64,000 nucleotides of DNA, taken from positions 65,670-129,669 of the forward strand of contig JAXHMX010000002.1 in assembly GCA_034521145.1 (NCBI GenBank), in the 5' to 3' direction. Origin of the DNA: Fidelibacterota bacterium. Its GTDB lineage: Bacteria > Fidelibacterota > Fidelibacteria > Fidelibacterales > Fidelibacteraceae. The notes beneath the pieces are model-generated. The model worked only from the letters and a program-made list of their open reading frames with translations. It made no database searches and was not told the DNA's origin. Below, piece after piece: positions 63,252 through 64,000 of this stretch. The first letter of the stretch is position 1, and every line of letters begins with the position of its first letter. A program made the translations under genes and the position numbers.

Positions 63252-64000
63252 ATGAAAAAGAAAATATTCTTATCCCGCCGCTTACCGAAAGCGGGAATGG
63301 ATCTGCTGACCGGCTCGGAATTCGAGACGGACGTTCACGACAGCGACACGGTATTGTCACCCGCCCGGCTTCGTGAACGTGTCAGGGATGTCCACGGTCT
63401 GATCTGTTTTCTTGATGACAAGATCAATAAATCGCTTATTGATGCCGCACCGGGGCTGGAAGTGATATCCAATACCGCGGTGGGATTCAATAATATCGAT
63501 ATCGATCACGCCGGATCAAAGAATATCGCGGTCTGCAACACACCGGGGATCCTTACCGAAACCACGGCAGAACTTGCCTGGGCTCTTCTTTTTTCCATTA
63601 CCCGCCGCATTCCGGAATCCGATGCCTTTGTGCGGGAAGGAAAATTTACCGGCTGGCAGCCCATGTTGATGCTGGGATCCGATATCCGGGAAAAAACCCT
63701 CGGCGTGATCGGCGCAGGACGTATAGGGACCGCTTTCGCACTAATGTCCAAAGGTTTCAGGATGCGCGTGCTTTACAGCGGAAAACCCAATCCCGTACTG
63801 GAAAAGGAAATAGGCGCCGAGAATGTGGACCGGGATACGCTGCTGAGGGAAAGCGATTTTGTAAGCCTGCATATTCCGCTGAGGGAAAGCAATTACCATT
63901 TGATCGGGGAAAAAGAATTCTCCGTCATGAAGAAGAGCGCATATCTCATCAATACCGCTCGCGGACCTGTTGTGGACGAAAAAGCATTGATCGAAGCACT
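63252..64000 (+). CDS. D-isomer-specific 2-hydroxyacid dehydrogenase (glyoxylate/hydroxypyruvate reductase-like), 3' end beyond window
   Basis: NAD-binding GVIGAGRIG, catalytic region with NTARG, and the HIP motif. No stop before 64000. Confidence 0.8.
   Translation, partial: MKKKIFLSRRLPKAGMDLLTGSEFETDVHDSDTVLSPARLRERVRDVHGLICFLDDKINKSLIDAAPGLEVISNTAVGFNNIDIDHAGSKNIAVCNTPGILTETTAELAWALLFSITRRIPESDAFVREGKFTGWQPMLMLGSDIREKTLGVIGAGRIGTAFALMSKGFRMRVLYSGKPNPVLEKEIGAENVDRDTLLRESDFVSLHIPLRESNYHLIGEKEFSVMKKSAYLINTARGPVVDEKALIEA

Overview
This 64-kb window is a chromosomal segment from a Shine-Dalgarno-using, probably diderm bacterium (lgt, hflKC, ampG-like, 3D-domain lytic transglycosylase-like and SpoIID-like genes are present). 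It is mostly housekeeping: a zinc-ribbon ORF–ssb–PNP-like–yggS–gyrA–gyrB–DUF721 block on the minus strand; pgk–tpiA–secG–tRNA-Leu(GAG); a TPR protein; nickel superoxide dismutase (sodN); HAD–nnr–vanZ; dNK–ilvE–pyrC; an addAB-type helicase-nuclease locus; hflKC; a GAF/multi-PAS hybrid histidine kinase next to marR and a MATE pump; cobO–tspO; an amidase; an ABC-2 transporter; a KamA-family radical SAM gene; zupT–methyltransferase–mbfA; lgt. I found no CRISPR array, transposase or integrase. Two features stand out. First, a previously unannotated, apparently noncoding ~340-bp interspersed element occurs four times (two full direct copies, one 5'-truncated inverted copy, one inverted copy with a swapped central module). 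It always lies in intergenic DNA, keeps its hairpins across copies, and has unusual palindrome or tandem-repeat flanks. Second, at least 20 single-nucleotide frameshifts, mostly in A/T homopolymer runs, break otherwise conserved and even essential genes (lgt, pyrC, hflK/C, nnr, mtaB, sensor kinase, amidase, ampG-like, MATE, spoIID-like, ABC permease). They are concentrated in the addA region. This pattern fits assembly indel errors with possible genuine decay of addA. Other points of note are an aconitase/LeuC-family homologue lacking the Fe-S ligand cysteines, an AmpG-like permease carrying a ~170-aa soluble insertion, a stand-alone E2 acyltransferase catalytic domain, and sodN without an adjacent sodX.
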